Of a DNA stretch of 64,000 bases, positions 1 to 10,062 are shown piece by piece. Numbering within the stretch: position 1 is the first letter of the stretch; each line of letters begins with the position of its first letter. A program made the translations under genes and the position numbers. The notes beneath the pieces are model-generated. The model saw only the letters and a list, made by a program, of their open reading frames with translations, was not told where the DNA came from and did no database searches. Source of the stretch: Candidatus Bipolaricaulia bacterium (lineage in GTDB: Bacteria; Bipolaricaulota; Bipolaricaulia; RBG-16-55-9); the NCBI GenBank assembly GCA_042219045.1, contig JBDGQO010000033.1, positions 1 to 64,000 of the forward strand. Reading direction: 5' to 3'.

Positions 1-166
1 CAAGTCGCTGGATTCGATCCATCACATCCACGGTCATTGACCTCACTCATTCGGGGTTCGCTCGTTCGTATCGCGACACGCCGCTGTGTCTAAGTGTAGC
101 GGGCGCGCCTTTCGGGGGCCAATCGCCTAGGGCGTGGGGAGGGAGCAGGCCATGTGAGCCACGCAT

Positions 167-205
167 AATGAAAAGCGGCCCTGCCTCGTGGGGAGACAGA
201 GCCGC
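167..205 (-). terminator. Rho-independent terminator of the surface lipoprotein gene
   Basis: Minus strand GCGGCUCUGUCUC-CCCAC-GAGGCAGGGCCGC (13 bp, two G-U pairs) followed by UUUUCAUU, 46 nt after the stop codon. Confidence 0.8.
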
Positions 206-251
206 CGGGTCTCTATCAGATTGTAAATTGTCGAGCGTTAAGCGGTGTGGC

Positions 252-1721
252 TTACGGCGCGCTGCTCAACGCTCCCGAGGCGTCGATATCGCCGGCGAGG
301 CAGATGACGTCGCCGCTGCCGCCGCCATCGCCGCCTGCGCAGCCGTTGCTGGGGTCGGTGTCCTCGTCCGCGCCGCTGGCGTCGCCCCAGAAGTTGCTCG
401 TGGCGTCGATGGGGCCATTGCTAATGCCGCTCTTAAAACCACCATTGCCATCGGGAACGGCGGTCGACAAGCCGATGCCGCTCCCGTCGCCGAAGTCGTT
501 GTTGTTGATCGATAGGTTGCTGACGTCGGTAGAGGAGGAGGCGTTGCCAACCACAAGGTCTAGCAAGGTGTCCTCGAACGCGTTATCCGTGATGTCGGCG
601 ATCGCGCTTTGGGAGACGTCGCTTCCATCGGAGCCATCCGGGTTATCCAAGACAAGTCCGACTCCCGCCTTACCGGCGACGTCGCTGGGGGACGATCCAG
701 GGGTCAAGGAGGACGTTGCATCCTGCATGTTGGCGATCGTTACGCCGTTGATCGTGGCGCCCGCGCCGGTAAGGTCCTCGATGCTGAGGCCGACGCCACG
801 CACGCTGTTGGATGTGCTGCCGATATCCTGAATCGTGCTGTTGCTGATTTGTAGGTTCGTAACGGATTGATTGCCGGCCACGTTGATGCCGTAAGCAATG
901 GGCGACCCTGGCGCTTGTTGACTTTGACTGGGACCTGTCGGATTGGCGATCTCGCGGATCTCCGTGTTGGCGATCGTGAGGTCTTGTGTGGCGGCCCGGG
1001 CATCGATCCAGATGCCGGCGGTGGCCGCATTGGCGGCTGTGTCGTTTTCGGCGGTGATCACGAAGCTATCAATCGTGACTGTCGAGGCGCCGATAGTGAG
1101 TATCGCCTTCCTCGGAATGATATTGCCCCCGCTTAGGTCCACGCCGTTGGCGTTGATGACGGATCGGTTGTTTCCCTGGCCGAAGCTTCGCAGCGTCAGC
1201 GCTTGATTGATCTCCAAGGTTGCTTGGGGCGTGTAGGTTCCCGGCGCGACACAGACGTTGTCGCCGGAGCCAGACTTGTCGATGGCCGTCTGGATGCTGC
1301 TGCCCGGCTGAACGACGTCGGCACAGGTGAACGTTCCGCTGATCGTGGCATTCCAAGCTTTAACGGTGACGTTGTTGAGCGTCAGGTTCCGGAAGCTGCC
1401 GGGGACGGTGTCGAGGCCCTCAGTGATCGTGATGTTTTCGATGGTGACGTCGTTCCCGTCGACCGTGACCTTGCTGTCGATCGTGGCGCCCTCGTCGCCG
1501 CCGGTGATGGTGACGCCGTCGGTGCTGACGTCGACCTCGCCGTCCTCCTCTTTGACGGTGCCAGTAACCTTAACGGTATCTCCCTGCTGGGCCTCGTCGA
1601 CGGCTTCGTCCACGGACTCGTCGGACCCGACGACGTTGCCGATCATGCTCGGGCAGCCGGTGAGCACCACCAGCATCATGGACGCGAGCGCGATTCCTCC
1701 TAAAATTTTGGGTCGGTTCAT
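252..1721 (-). CDS. Acidic secreted lipoprotein with right-handed beta-helix (pectin lyase-like) repeats; candidate surface/S-layer-like protein
   Basis: ATG at 1721 with AAGGAGGT 9 nt upstream; signal peptide and lipobox VLTGC; motifs SIQTAIDKSGSGDNVCVAPGTY, repeated xxI/VTIxN strands and C-terminal IDATSNFWG; D/N/S/T/G rich. Confidence 0.75.
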   Translation of the reverse strand: MNRPKILGGIALASMMLVVLTGCPSMIGNVVGSDESVDEAVDEAQQGDTVKVTGTVKEEDGEVDVSTDGVTITGGDEGATIDSKVTVDGNDVTIENITITEGLDTVPGSFRNLTLNNVTVKAWNATISGTFTCADVVQPGSSIQTAIDKSGSGDNVCVAPGTYTPQATLEINQALTLRSFGQGNNRSVINANGVDLSGGNIIPRKAILTIGASTVTIDSFVITAENDTAANAATAGIWIDARAATQDLTIANTEIREIANPTGPSQSQQAPGSPIAYGINVAGNQSVTNLQISNSTIQDIGSTSNSVRGVGLSIEDLTGAGATINGVTIANMQDATSSLTPGSSPSDVAGKAGVGLVLDNPDGSDGSDVSQSAIADITDNAFEDTLLDLVVGNASSSTDVSNLSINNNDFGDGSGIGLSTAVPDGNGGFKSGISNGPIDATSNFWGDASGADEDTDPSNGCAGGDGGGSGDVICLAGDIDASGALSSAP

Positions 1722-1842
1722 CCCTCTCGGACCTCCTTGCACGGTTTAGTGGGTTTTATAATTAAACTTCCGGACGTCCAATGGAAAACGTAACATATGT
1801 GATGCGCGCAACATGGCGATGGCGCCGATGAAGCTGATCTTA

Positions 1843-2021
1843 GGGCTTGACAGCCCGGAAATCGCGGTGAGCAGTGCCGGAGTGTCACCCCCTTTTAAGC
1901 TCGTTTTACCTCCGTTGCTCGTACTGGAGCCCCGCCAGTACAGGCTCAGCGTCGTCTGGTACGCGACGAACCCGCTTCCAACGGGAGTGGTTGTCAAAAG
2001 TCTTGTTGCCATTTCTGACAT
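1843..2021 (-). ncRNA. Candidate structured RNA / 5' leader (unclassified)
   Basis: Five hairpins (1992-2020, 1971-1985, 1950-1968, 1921-1941, 1843-1856) directly downstream of a TTGACA promoter; no family recognised. Confidence 0.4.
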
Positions 2022-2024
2022 GTA

Positions 2025-2054
2025 ACGCTAAACGATACGCCAAGCAGCTGTCAA
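2025..2054 (-). promoter_or_regulatory. sigma70-type promoter
   Basis: Minus strand TTGACA-18 nt-TAGCGT. Confidence 0.5.
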
Positions 2055-2162
2055 GGGGGGCAGACCCCACGAAAACTTGAACCGCCTAGGGGCGCTGGCC
2101 GCGCCGACGATCCGGCCCTTCGTTACCCCGTTTGTAGGCTCGCGAACCCGCAAAGGCCGCCG

Positions 2163-2191
2163 TTGACACGGCTGAGCCCACGGACTATAAT
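2163..2191 (+). promoter_or_regulatory. Consensus sigma70 promoter of the nuo-like operon
   Basis: Perfect TTGACA-17 nt-TATAAT; AGGAGG RBS before ATG 2222. Confidence 0.9.
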
Positions 2192-2221
2192 CGCTCTCAC
2201 GTTCAGGAGGGGCTTTCACCG

Positions 2222-2578
2222 ATGACATCGGAGTTTTCGCCGATCCTCGTCTACATGCTGATCGCCGCCGGCATCACGGCCTTCGTCGTGAGCTCCAACA
2301 AGCTGCTCAGCTTCCGGCGGCCCTCGACCAACAAGGAAGCCCCCTACGAGTCCGGCATCCGCCCCCTCGGCGACGCCCGCGGTCGGCTCCGCATTTCGTT
2401 CTATCTCATCGCCATGACGTTCCTCGTCTTCGACCTGGAGATCGCGTTCGTCTACCCCTGGGCGGTCGTCTATCAGAACTTCGGCTGGGGCGGCTTTACG
2501 GCGATGAGCCTGTTTCTCATGATCATCTTCGTCGGCTACATCTACGAATGGAAGCGAGGTGCGCTGGATTGGCAGTAG
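2222..2578 (+). CDS. nuoA: NADH-quinone oxidoreductase subunit A
   Basis: [37 protein letters not shown]. Confidence 0.95.
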   Translation: MTSEFSPILVYMLIAAGITAFVVSSNKLLSFRRPSTNKEAPYESGIRPLGDARGRLRISFYLIAMTFLVFDLEIAFVYPWAVVYQNFGWGGFTAMSLFLMIIFVGYIYEWKRGALDWQ

Positions 2579-3111
2579 ACATCGACGACAACAGCCCCTT
2601 GATGACCACGACGCTCGATGCGATCGAGGAGGCCATCACCTGGGGGCGCAAGAACGCCGTCTGGCCCATGCAGTTCGGGCTGGCCTGTTGCGCGATCGAG
2701 ATGATGGGCATGGCCGGGCCGCGCTTCGACGTGTCGCGGTTCGGGGCCGAGCTCCTCCGCGCCTCGCCCCGCCAATCCGACCTCCTGATCATCGCCGGGC
2801 GGCCGTGCCAGAAGATGGCCCCGGTCATCCGCAACCTCTACGATCAGATGCTGGAGCCGAACTACGTCATCGCCATGGGCGACTGCGCCTCGGTCGGCGG
2901 GCTGTTCAACAACTACGCCCATCTGCAGGGCGTGGACAAGATCATCCCCGTTGACGTCTACGTCCCCGGCTGTCCCCCCACCCCCGAAGCGCTCATCGAG
3001 GGGATCCTCATGCTGCGGGAGCAGATCGGGCGCGAGCAGCCGCTGCGCGAGACGACCTACAACCCCATGGAAGCGCTGGAGCGCCGACTGGAGGAGCTGA
3101 AGGCGAACTGA
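2569..3111 (+). CDS. nuoB: NADH-quinone oxidoreductase subunit B
   Basis: [30 protein letters not shown] (N2 cluster ligands); TTG start at 2569 with GAGGT RBS overlapping the nuoA end. Confidence 0.95.
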   Translation: MAVDIDDNSPLMTTTLDAIEEAITWGRKNAVWPMQFGLACCAIEMMGMAGPRFDVSRFGAELLRASPRQSDLLIIAGRPCQKMAPVIRNLYDQMLEPNYVIAMGDCASVGGLFNNYAHLQGVDKIIPVDVYVPGCPPTPEALIEGILMLREQIGREQPLRETTYNPMEALERRLEELKAN

Positions 3112-3113
3112 CC

Positions 3114-4157
3114 ATGGGCGAGGCGCCGCTGTGGGCTTGGATCCTCATCACGGCCGTCAAGTCGCTCGTCGTGGCCGTTGCGCTGCTGACGGGCTTCGCG
3201 TACATGACGTGGCTCGAACGCCGCGTGCTCGCCCGACTGAACGCGCGGGTTGGGCCCAACCGCGTCGGCCCCTTCGGATTGCTCCAGCCCCTGGCGGACG
3301 GCATCAAGCTCTTCTTCAAGGAGGATTTTCAGCCGCGGGGGGCGGAGACCTGGATGTATCTCATCGCGCCCGGCATCACGATGTTCGCGGCGCTGTTGGC
3401 CTTTGCGGTCATCCCCTTCGGGCCGCCGCAGGCGAAGCTCTGGGGCGTGCCGCTGTTCCAGATTGCGGATCCCAACGCCGGCATCCTCGTGCTGCTGGCG
3501 GTCACCGCCGTCGGCGTCTACGGGATCATCCTCGGCGGCTGGGCGTCCAATAGCAAGTATTCGCTGCTCGGGTCGCTGCGCTCCTCCGCCCAGATCATCA
3601 GCTACGAGCTGACGGTCGGGCTGTCGCTGGTGGGGGTCATCCTCGTCTCCGGGACGCTGCAGCTGACCGACATCGTGGCCCAACAACAGGGGACCTGGCT
3701 CGGGTTTCTGCCCCAATGGAACATTTTTATCCAGCCGCTCGGGTTCTTGTTGTTTCTGATCGGCGCCAACGCGGAGACGAACCGCGCCCCGTTCGATCTG
3801 CCTGAAGCCGAGCAGGAGCTCGTCGCGGGCTATCACACCGAGTACGGCGGCATGAAGTTCGCCGGGTTCTTCGTCGGGGAATACATCAACATCATCGTCG
3901 CCAGTTCGGTGGCGGTGACGCTCTTCCTCGGCGGCTGGGGCGGGCCGTTCGTGGAGCAAGTTCCCGTGTTGGGCGTGCTCTGGTTCGTTCTGAAAATATT
4001 CGCGTTTGCGTTTCTGTTTATTTGGCTGCGCGCGTCGGTGCCGCGCATCCGCTATGACCAGCTGATGACGATCGGCTGGAAGGTGCTGTTGATCCTGGCG
4101 CTGGTCAACGTCTACTTCACGGCCATGGGCGTGATGGCGTTCGGAGGCGGATCATGA
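3114..4157 (+). CDS. nuoH: NADH-quinone oxidoreductase subunit H
   Basis: RVGPNRVGPFGLLQPLADGIKLFFKE, ETNRAPFDLPEAEQELVAGYHTEY, PRIRYDQLM. Confidence 0.95.
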   Translation: MGEAPLWAWILITAVKSLVVAVALLTGFAYMTWLERRVLARLNARVGPNRVGPFGLLQPLADGIKLFFKEDFQPRGAETWMYLIAPGITMFAALLAFAVIPFGPPQAKLWGVPLFQIADPNAGILVLLAVTAVGVYGIILGGWASNSKYSLLGSLRSSAQIISYELTVGLSLVGVILVSGTLQLTDIVAQQQGTWLGFLPQWNIFIQPLGFLLFLIGANAETNRAPFDLPEAEQELVAGYHTEYGGMKFAGFFVGEYINIIVASSVAVTLFLGGWGGPFVEQVPVLGVLWFVLKIFAFAFLFIWLRASVPRIRYDQLMTIGWKVLLILALVNVYFTAMGVMAFGGGS

Positions 4158-4669
4158 TCGAGACGATCCTCTTCGTCGTCTTCGCCATCACGGCCGTCGG
4201 GTCCAGCATCCTGATGATCACGCGGACCAAGCCCGTCCACGCCGCGATCTCGTTTCTCGGGACGCTGGTCAGCTTGGCGGGCCTGTTCCTGCTGATGGTC
4301 GCCCCGTTCGTCGCCGTGCTGCAGATCATCGTCTACGCGGGCGCCATTCTGGTACTTTTCCTCTTCGTGGTCATGATGCTCCACGTCCGCTCCGGGGAGG
4401 GGCCGGAGGTCAAGCTGAAGTTCCAGCGACCCCTGGCGCTCGGGTTGGCGACGCTGTTGGGCGTTGGGCTGGTCTACGTCGTCGCCGCGACCGACCTGAG
4501 CGATGCCCAGGAGCTGCCCGAGGACATGGGGTCCGTGGAAGCCATCGGGGAGGCGCTGTTCACGTCGTATCTCTTGCCGTTTGAAGTGGCGGCGATTCTG
4601 CTGTTGATCGGCATGTTGGGGGCCGTGGCGCTGTCGAGCAAGGACGACGACGAGGAGGCCTCGTCATGA
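4154..4669 (+). CDS. nuoJ: NADH-quinone oxidoreductase subunit J
   Basis: [37 protein letters not shown] overlap with nuoH. Confidence 0.95.
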   Translation: MIETILFVVFAITAVGSSILMITRTKPVHAAISFLGTLVSLAGLFLLMVAPFVAVLQIIVYAGAILVLFLFVVMMLHVRSGEGPEVKLKFQRPLALGLATLLGVGLVYVVAATDLSDAQELPEDMGSVEAIGEALFTSYLLPFEVAAILLLIGMLGAVALSSKDDDEEASS

Positions 4670-4965
4670 GCGTGAGCGCCTACGTGATCCTGAGCGCGGT
4701 GCTCTTCGCCATTGGGGCGCTCGGGGTGCTCTCACGTCGCAACGCGCTCGTGGTCTTCATGTCGATCGAGCTGATGTTCAACGCCGTCAACCTGGCGTTC
4801 GTCGGCTTCGCCCGCTACTGGGGCGACATCGCGGGCCACGTGCTCGTGCTGTTTGTGCTCGCGTTTGCGGCCGCGGAGGTGGTCGTCGGGCTGGCGATCA
4901 TCGTCAACATCTTCCGCCGCCGCGACACCGTCGACGTCGACGACATCGACCTGCTAAGGGGGTAA
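4666..4965 (+). CDS. nuoK: NADH-quinone oxidoreductase subunit K
   Basis: [31 protein letters not shown]. Confidence 0.95.
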   Translation: MSVSAYVILSAVLFAIGALGVLSRRNALVVFMSIELMFNAVNLAFVGFARYWGDIAGHVLVLFVLAFAAAEVVVGLAIIVNIFRRRDTVDVDDIDLLRG

Positions 4966-4972
4966 CGCGAAC

Positions 4973-6874
4973 GTGAACTGGGTTTGGCTCGTGGTCGTTT
5001 TGCCGCTCGGGGGCGCGCTCTACAACGGGCTGCGCGGCGCCCGAGCCAGCAACCGGACCGTGGGCGTGATCGCCTGCGGGAGCGTCGGGCTGGCGTTTTT
5101 CGTCGGGATCTACCTCCTGACGCGCCTGTTGGGACTTCCAGCGGAGGATCGCCAGGTTACCCAGACGCTGTTCGACTGGATCTCGATCGGAAACTTCGAC
5201 GTGGCGTTCAGCTTCCTCGTCGACCCGCTCTCGGTGCTGATGATCCTCGTCGTGACGGGCGTCGGGTTCCTGATCCACGTCTACTCGGTCGGCTACATGG
5301 GCGAGGACGACGCCTATTCGCGATATTTCGCCTGGCTCAACCTCTTCACGTTCGCCATGCTGTTGCTCGTGCTGGCCGATAACTTCCTCCTGATGTTCAT
5401 GGGCTGGGAGCTCGTCGGCCTCTGTTCCTATCTGCTCATCGGGTTCTGGTTCACCCGCCCCAGCGCCGCCCAGGCCGCCAAGAAGGCCTTCATTGTCAAC
5501 CGCGTGGGCGACGTCGGCTTCATGATCGGGCTGTTCGTCCTCTTTGCCACGTTCGAGACGTTCGACTATTTGACGATCTTCCAGCAGGCGCCCGAGACGC
5601 TGACGCTCGGCGGCGGGGTCGTCACCGCCATTACGCTGCTGTGGTTCGTCGGGGCCGTGGGCAAGTCGGCCCAGATTCCCCTCTACGTCTGGCTGCCCGA
5701 CGCCATGGAGGGCCCGACCCCCGTTTCGGCCCTCATCCACGCGGCCACCATGGTGACCGCGGGCGTCTACATGGTCGTGCGGGCCAACGTGCTCTATCAG
5801 CTGGCGCCCGTGACGTTGGGCGTGATCGCCGCCATCGGCGCCGTGACGGCGCTGTTCGCCGCCACGATCGCGCTGGTCAACAACGACATCAAGCGGGTGC
5901 TGGCCTACTCGACCGTGTCGCAGCTGGGCTACATGTTTTTGGCCACGGGCGTCGGCGCGTTCGCGGTCGGGATGTATCACCTGACGAGCCACGCGTTCAT
6001 GAAGGCGCTGCTGTTCCTCGGCGCCGGCTCGGTCATGCACGCCATGGCCGACCGGACCGACATGCGCGAGATGGGCGGGCTGCGCAAGAAGATCCCCTGG
6101 ACCGCGATCGTCTTCCTCATCGGGGCGCTCGGCCTCTCGGGCATTCCGCCGTTCGTCGGCTTCTTCAGCAAGGATTTAATATTGGAGGAGACGTTCGCGA
6201 CGGGCCACATCGTCCTCTGGCTCGTCGGCATCGGCACGGCGCTCTTGACGGCGTTCTACATGCTGCGGGCGTACTTCCTGACCTTCGAGGGCGAGCCGCG
6301 CTACCGCGAGGACGAGGTCCATCCGCACGAATCTCCGCCCGTGATGCTCGGGCCGTTGGGCGGACTGGCCGCGCTGTCGATCGTCGGCGGGGCGCTCTGG
6401 ATCTCGCTGGCGGGCTTTGCGCCGCTGGAGCACTTCCTCGAACCCGCCATCGCCACGGAGGTCGGGGCCAAGTTCTCGCACGCCTACCCGATCGGCCCGG
6501 CGCTGCTGGCATTTCTGTCCGTCGTCGTGGCGCTCGCGGGCGTCGGCCTCGCCTGGATGGTCTACGTGCGCGGCTGGCAGCCGAGCGAGGGGCTGCGCCG
6601 CCCCTTCCGGCCCGTTCATGGCCTCCTGGCGGGCAAGTACTACGTCGACGAGCTCTACAACGTCGTCATTGTGCGACCGGGGGAGGCGATCGCCCACTTT
6701 TTGGCGGGCGCGTTCGATCGCGGATTTCTCGATGGGATCGTCAACGGGGTGGGCCGCGTCGTCAACGGGGCCGGTGGGTTCCTGCGGCCCGTGGAGAGCG
6801 GCTACGCGCGCAGCTACGCGTCATGGATGCTGCTGGGCGCGATCGCGCTGTTGATCTACTGGATGGTGGCCTGA
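4973..6874 (+). CDS. nuoL: NADH-quinone oxidoreductase subunit L
   Basis: GWELVGLCSYLLIGFW, GKSAQIPLYVWLPDAMEGPTPVSALIHAATMVTAG; GTG start. Confidence 0.95.
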   Translation: MNWVWLVVVLPLGGALYNGLRGARASNRTVGVIACGSVGLAFFVGIYLLTRLLGLPAEDRQVTQTLFDWISIGNFDVAFSFLVDPLSVLMILVVTGVGFLIHVYSVGYMGEDDAYSRYFAWLNLFTFAMLLLVLADNFLLMFMGWELVGLCSYLLIGFWFTRPSAAQAAKKAFIVNRVGDVGFMIGLFVLFATFETFDYLTIFQQAPETLTLGGGVVTAITLLWFVGAVGKSAQIPLYVWLPDAMEGPTPVSALIHAATMVTAGVYMVVRANVLYQLAPVTLGVIAAIGAVTALFAATIALVNNDIKRVLAYSTVSQLGYMFLATGVGAFAVGMYHLTSHAFMKALLFLGAGSVMHAMADRTDMREMGGLRKKIPWTAIVFLIGALGLSGIPPFVGFFSKDLILEETFATGHIVLWLVGIGTALLTAFYMLRAYFLTFEGEPRYREDEVHPHESPPVMLGPLGGLAALSIVGGALWISLAGFAPLEHFLEPAIATEVGAKFSHAYPIGPALLAFLSVVVALAGVGLAWMVYVRGWQPSEGLRRPFRPVHGLLAGKYYVDELYNVVIVRPGEAIAHFLAGAFDRGFLDGIVNGVGRVVNGAGGFLRPVESGYARSYASWMLLGAIALLIYWMVA

Positions 6875-6958
6875 TCGGCATGGAAGCCCAAGGCATGGCG
6901 ACGCGTAGGCCGACATCGAGCTGCCAGGCTGGATCCCGGATCGAGGCAGGGATTTGAG

Positions 6959-8536
6959 ATGTTTTTGACGATCGTGACGTTCCTGCCGGCACTGGGCGCG
7001 TTGATCCTGGCGCTGCGGCGCACGGACGACGCCAACGCGATGCGCGGGACCGCGCTCACCTGGAGCCTCTTGACGCTCGGCTTCGCCGTGGCGCTTGCGC
7101 TGACGTTCAACCCGGCCAGCGGCGAGATCCAGCGCGAGATCGCGGTCGACTGGATCGCCGAAGCCGGCGTCAGCTACCACCTAGGCGTGGACGGCATCTC
7201 GCTCTTCCTCGTGCTGTTGACGACGGTCCTGGTGCCGTTGTTGCTCTGGGCGCCTTGGGATCGCGTCCGCGAGCGCTACAAGGCCTTCGCCATCATGGTG
7301 CTGTTGTTGGAGACCGCCCTCATCGGCGTCTTCCTCGCGCTCGACCTGGTGCTGTACTACGTCTTCTGGGAGGCGATGCTGATCCCGATGTATTTCCTGA
7401 TCGGGATCTGGGGCGGCGAGCGGCGCGGCTACGCCGCGATCAAGTTCTTCCTCTACACCATGGCCACGAGCGTCTTGATGCTCGTCGCCATCATCGCCAT
7501 CTACGTCTCAGCGGGGACGTTCAACTGGACGGTGCTGAGTTCCGCATCCGTCAGCCTCAGCCCGACGTTGCAGTTCTGGGCCTATCTGGCCTTTGTCGCC
7601 GCGTTTGCCGTCAAGATTCCCCTCTGGCCGCTGCACAGCTGGCTCCCCGATGCCTACAGCGAGGCGCCCATCACGGGGACCATTCTGCTGTCCGCCCTCA
7701 TGTCCAAGGCCGGCTTGTACGGGCTGATCCGCTTCGGCCCGTCCATCTTTCCCGACGCGGCCGCGACGCTGGCGCCCTACCTGTTGGTGCTGGCCCTGGT
7801 CGGCGTCGTCTACGGGGCGTTTGTGGCCATGGCCCAGCGCGACCTGAAGCGCCTCATCGCTTACTCCAGCGTCAGCCACCTGGGCCTCGTCGCCGTGGGG
7901 ATCTTCGCCTTCGGGACGCTCAGCACGGCAGGCAGCGTGCTCCAGATGGTCAACCACGGCATCTACATCGCGGCGCTCTTCCTCGTGATCGCGATCCTCA
8001 TGAACCGTTTTGGCGGGCGATCGCTGGACGACATGGAAGGGGTCGCCGCCGTGATGCCCAAGTTCGCCGCGTTCTTTTTGATTATTCTCTTCGCCTCCGT
8101 GGCCCTGCCGGGCACGAACGGCTTCGTCGGCGAGTTCCTCATCCTCGTGGGCACGTACGCCGGACAGTTCCCCGTCTACGCCGTCGTCGGCGCGTCGATC
8201 GCGGTGCTGTCGGCGATCTACATGCTCTACATGGCGCGCCGGGTCTTCCACGGGCCGACATCCGAGCGCGTCCGGACGGGCACGAGCGACCTGTCCCGGG
8301 CCGAAACGGGGCTGCTCGTTCCCTTGGTCATACTCATCCTCTGGATCGGCCTCTATCCGTCGCCGTTTTTGGACCGCATCGAGCCGGCCGTGCAGTCGAC
8401 CGTGGAGCAGGCCCAGGCCCGTCTCGAATCCACCAACGCTCAGACCGCCAGCGCCGAATCGATGGCCAATTGGATCATGCCGTGGGACGCGGCCGAGGAT
8501 GAGACCGACACCGACGACGCGGGAGGTCGCCCATGA
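6959..8536 (+). CDS. nuoM: NADH-quinone oxidoreductase subunit M
   Basis: FWEAMLIPMYFLIGIWG, KIPLWPLHSWLPDA, LPGTNGFVGEF; acidic C-terminal tail. Confidence 0.95.
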   Translation: MFLTIVTFLPALGALILALRRTDDANAMRGTALTWSLLTLGFAVALALTFNPASGEIQREIAVDWIAEAGVSYHLGVDGISLFLVLLTTVLVPLLLWAPWDRVRERYKAFAIMVLLLETALIGVFLALDLVLYYVFWEAMLIPMYFLIGIWGGERRGYAAIKFFLYTMATSVLMLVAIIAIYVSAGTFNWTVLSSASVSLSPTLQFWAYLAFVAAFAVKIPLWPLHSWLPDAYSEAPITGTILLSALMSKAGLYGLIRFGPSIFPDAAATLAPYLLVLALVGVVYGAFVAMAQRDLKRLIAYSSVSHLGLVAVGIFAFGTLSTAGSVLQMVNHGIYIAALFLVIAILMNRFGGRSLDDMEGVAAVMPKFAAFFLIILFASVALPGTNGFVGEFLILVGTYAGQFPVYAVVGASIAVLSAIYMLYMARRVFHGPTSERVRTGTSDLSRAETGLLVPLVILILWIGLYPSPFLDRIEPAVQSTVEQAQARLESTNAQTASAESMANWIMPWDAAEDETDTDDAGGRP

Positions 8537-9996
8537 CGTTTACGCTCAACGATTTCCTCGCCCTGCTGCCCGAAGCCATTCTGGCGACGATGGCCCTGGT
8601 TGTGCTGTTGGTCGGGCTGTTCCTGCGGGTCGAGCAGCGGCGGTGGCTGGCGTGGCTCAGTCTGCTGAGCGTGGCCGGGGCGCTGGTCGCCACGCTGGCG
8701 GCCCCGACGTCGACCGAGCCGATGGTCCAGGGGATGCTGCGCGTCGATATCCTGGCCAAGTTCCTCAACGTCGTCTTTCTGCTGGGCGGGGGCTTCACGC
8801 TGATGCTGTCCGCGGATTACCTCGAGCGCCAAGGGGCAGCCAGCGGCGAATACTACGCGTTGATTCTCTTCGCCACCCTCGGCGCCATGCTCATGGGCTC
8901 GGGCGCCGATCTGTTGATGATCTTCCTCGGGCTGGAGACGCTGTCCATCCCGCTCTACATCCTGTCGTCGTTCTTCCGGCATCAGACCGCCTCCCAGGAG
9001 GCCGGCTTCAAGTATTTCCTGCTGGGGTCGTTCTCCAGCGCGCTGTTGCTCTACGGGGTCGCGCTCGTCTACGGCGCGACCGGGACGACGCAACTGGGCG
9101 CCTTGGCGGGGGCCGTGTCCGGCGCGCTGGCGGCCAAGCCGCTGTTGCTCTACGCGGGCGCCGGGCTGTTGCTGGTGGGGCTCAGCTTCAAGTCCGCGGC
9201 CGTGCCCTTCCACACCTGGGCCCCGGACGTCTACGAGGGCGCGCCGACGTCGACGACGGCGTTCATGGCCGTGGCCGCCAAGGCCGGGGCGTTCGCCGCC
9301 TTCATTCGGATCTTTGCCGACCCCTTTGTGGAATTTGCGGCCAGCTGGGCGATCCTCGTCGGCGTCATCGCCGCGTTGACGATGATTCTGGGCAACCTCG
9401 TCGCCTTGGTGCAGACGAACCTCAAGCGGCTCCTGGCGTATTCGAGCATCGCCCATGCGGGGTATCTGCTGATCGGCGTGGCGGCGGCGCAGACCCCAGA
9501 GCTGGCCGCCGATGCCACGTCGGGGCTGGGGTTCTATCTCCTCGTCTACACGCTCATGACGCTCGGGGCGTTCGGCGTCGTCATGCTCGCCGAGGGCCGA
9601 GGGGAGAACCTGTCGCTGGAGGACGTGGCCGGGTTCGCCGGGCGCGCGCCGGGCCTCGGAACGGTCATGGCGATTTTCATGATCTCGCTGGCCGGCTTGC
9701 CCCCAACAGCCGGGTTCTTCGGCAAGTTCTACATCTTCCAGGCCGCGATTCAGGCCGATCTGTTGTGGCTGGCGATCATCGGCGTCGTCACCAGCGTCGT
9801 GTCGGTCTACTACTACCTCCGTGTCGTCTACACCATGGTCATGCGCCCGGCGACGACCGATCGCACCGCGTTCCACTCCCGACTCGCCTGGGTCGGGCTG
9901 ACGATCATGGCGATCGGGATTCTGTTGTTGGGGATCTATCCGACGCTGGCCTACGGCTGGCTCGGGCAGCTGACGACGATCGCGGCGGCGCCCTAG
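8533..9996 (+). CDS. nuoN: NADH-quinone oxidoreductase subunit N
   Basis: EAGFKYFLLG, FKSAAVPFHTWAPDVYEGAP, KRLLAYSSIAHAGY, SLAGLPPTAGFFGK. Confidence 0.95.
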   Translation: MTFTLNDFLALLPEAILATMALVVLLVGLFLRVEQRRWLAWLSLLSVAGALVATLAAPTSTEPMVQGMLRVDILAKFLNVVFLLGGGFTLMLSADYLERQGAASGEYYALILFATLGAMLMGSGADLLMIFLGLETLSIPLYILSSFFRHQTASQEAGFKYFLLGSFSSALLLYGVALVYGATGTTQLGALAGAVSGALAAKPLLLYAGAGLLLVGLSFKSAAVPFHTWAPDVYEGAPTSTTAFMAVAAKAGAFAAFIRIFADPFVEFAASWAILVGVIAALTMILGNLVALVQTNLKRLLAYSSIAHAGYLLIGVAAAQTPELAADATSGLGFYLLVYTLMTLGAFGVVMLAEGRGENLSLEDVAGFAGRAPGLGTVMAIFMISLAGLPPTAGFFGKFYIFQAAIQADLLWLAIIGVVTSVVSVYYYLRVVYTMVMRPATTDRTAFHSRLAWVGLTIMAIGILLLGIYPTLAYGWLGQLTTIAAAP

Positions 9997-10062
9997 CGCT
10001 CTGATCGGGGGCAGTCGACCGCGGCCCGGGGCATCCAGGGCATGGCATGCGGGGAGGATGAG

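Noticed and set aside
1..60. 5' end of a minus-strand gene at the window edge
   Set aside because: Too short to assign a frame or product
1843..2021. tmRNA, RNase P, SRP, c-di-GMP or c-di-AMP riboswitch identity
   Set aside because: No tRNA-like ends or tag ORF, no GAGGAAAGUCC, and no matching riboswitch core recognisable by eye
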